The position numbers were made by a program, and so were the translations under genes. From Octopus sinensis (taxonomy: Eukaryota), in NCBI RefSeq assembly GCF_006345805.1, contig NC_043001.1, forward strand, positions 11,718,001 to 11,782,000: DNA of 64,000 nt, in the 5' to 3' direction. Below, one piece after another: positions 62,390 to 64,000 of the stretch; position 1 is the stretch's first letter; each line of letters starts with the position of its first letter. The notes under the pieces are model-generated. The model had not been told where the DNA came from and ran no database searches. It saw only the letters and a list, made by a program, of their open reading frames with translations.

Positions 62390-62989
62390 CAAAAACATAC
62401 CTTTTATTGCCACAGATTAAACGCCTGATAAAAATTAACGAGATAAGCACCTGCCAATATATACAAAGAGCATAATTGCCAAAACTATAAGCCACAGCAA
62501 AACTTATAAAAAGAGAAGGGAAACTTAAACATCTCCCACAAAAGATATATATATATGTATATAGGTATGTCGAATTTTCCGTTTATTATCTTTTTATTTA
62601 ATCCTGAAAAAAGTTATTATTATTTCTTTATATTATTATTTTTTTCTATCAGTAATTAAAACCCAAGGGCATGATCAGCGCTATCATTGATTGCTAATTG
62701 TGGTAACCACATTTGACTTCTGCTGACTGCAAGGTATAACGCCTCTTTCGTCTCCTGATCGAACAGGAATGCGAAACTCCATTGTTGACCGCCCTCTCAC
62801 CATTTGCCGAACGTATTTACTGACCCTTGGAATTTGGTTTATTCACCAAGCTGCTTCTCTTCCTCCTACTATCTTCTCCAACCATCACATATTTATGATT
62901 ATCTCAAGTACAAAACGGAAGTGGAAACTAACAATATTCAGTAATACCACACAGTAGTAGGAGGAAAGATGGCGTCTCCAGACGGTTAC

Positions 62990-63140
62990 ACTACCAGTGC
63001 TTGTAGGAGATCTTGGAATGATCATAAAAAGAACTGAAAGTTATTTTAGAACAATCCCTGGATTACAATCCATGCCTGCAGTGCAAAATATTGTCTGAAC
63101 TGGTACTCAACACGCATCGAGAAGAGCATTTTTGCTGTGA
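62990..63140 (+). mobile_element. RLE-LINE C-terminal scrap
   Basis: VGDLGMIIKRTESYFRTIPGLQSMPAVQNIV*TGTQHASRRAF resembles IGALG..K..PG...IQK...GTAHIL. Confidence 0.5.
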
Positions 63141-63789
63141 ATTTTTTTCCCGTTTTTGCCCTTAATTTTCGTTGTATACATTTATATATTTTTCTTACTT
63201 TTCCATTTTTCTCTCTGTCTTTCTTCCCCTTCTTTCTACATCACATGACCTGGAGAGATTTGACCGTAATCCTTACTTGTTGTGTGTTCTTTGAGAAAAC
63301 GGAATTCAGGAACCTTTGTAGCGGATGAGCTACTCGACCCTATTGATATTCCCAACTGGGCGTCACCTGCAAGGTCATGCGCTGTATATCTTGATATGAG
63401 AATACCGTATCATGCATATATTTTTGCGATGACTGTACCTGGGCGTACAGAGAACATCTTAAATTTTAAAGAGTCTAACACTGCTAAACTAGAGAATAGC
63501 GGAAATGTTTGACGAAAGCCTCAATTCTTACTGTGATTCTATGTGTGTAACTAAATGCAGAGAAAATACCATTAATACAATGCAGGTGTAAATCTTATGA
63601 AAAAGACAAGTAGAGAACTATCACCTGTAATATGAGAATTGATTACCGGTATAAAGTCCAGCTTAATTCATGAGCATTGGAATAACAACTGCTGCCAAAT
63701 GAACAGAAACTAGTAGTTCAGTTCTTTATAGAATAAATAATATTCTGAGGAATTAAAAAGAGATGATCATCAATGGCCGAGACTGACAG

Positions 63790-64000
63790 TAATAATTTAC
63801 TGGAACCGACTTGAGAGTTGTGAACCCCTTCGGTCATGAATGACCATGAGATTGCAACTTGAAAGTTACCCTCCGAGGCACAAGTCCGGGCAAGGTTCTT
63901 TATGGAAAGCCAGTAGTCGCCCACGCATACCAGCCTCCCCTCTCCTCGCCACCGATGTTAGACATGGGAAAGGCAAAGGCCGATACAGCTTGGCACCAGT
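63790..64000 (-). mobile_element. SINE family D 3' part, running off the right edge
   Basis: Terminal CCACCGATGTT..GGGAAAGGCAAAGGCCGATACAGCTTGGCACCAGT matches 1655-1710. Confidence 0.6.

Overview
AT-rich eukaryotic genomic DNA packed with (TA)n, (CA)n, (TACA)n and (TAA)n microsatellites, with one 100-N assembly gap at 40901-41000. The SINE repertoire suggests an octopus or other coleoid cephalopod (inference). No host gene is confidently identified; the best candidate is a short chain of frame-compatible plus-strand exons at about 3.9-5.5 kb. Nearly all recognisable sequence is transposon-derived: a Helitron PIF1-type helicase fragment and four non-autonomous Helitrons; four tRNA-derived SINE families (called A-D here); a 5'-truncated CR1/L2-group LINE with an open 694-aa RT frame; a frameshifted Naiad-like Penelope-like element (PLE) and other PLE relics; several R4/Dong-like restriction-like-endonuclease (RLE) LINE fragments, two of them inside (TAA)n tracts; RTE and mariner relics; and palindromic MITE/foldback elements. 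The most interesting signal is a set of small (TA)n-embedded elements carrying minimal type I hammerhead ribozymes (HHR) with palindromic stem III, several with an atypical CCGANGA core. One copy starts, as a perfect fold-back, at the predicted self-cleavage site of its longer sibling. One SINE family also forms head-to-tail arrays with a fixed junction at three independent loci. Most ORFs in the supplied track are microsatellite artefacts. All alignments and identities were judged by eye.
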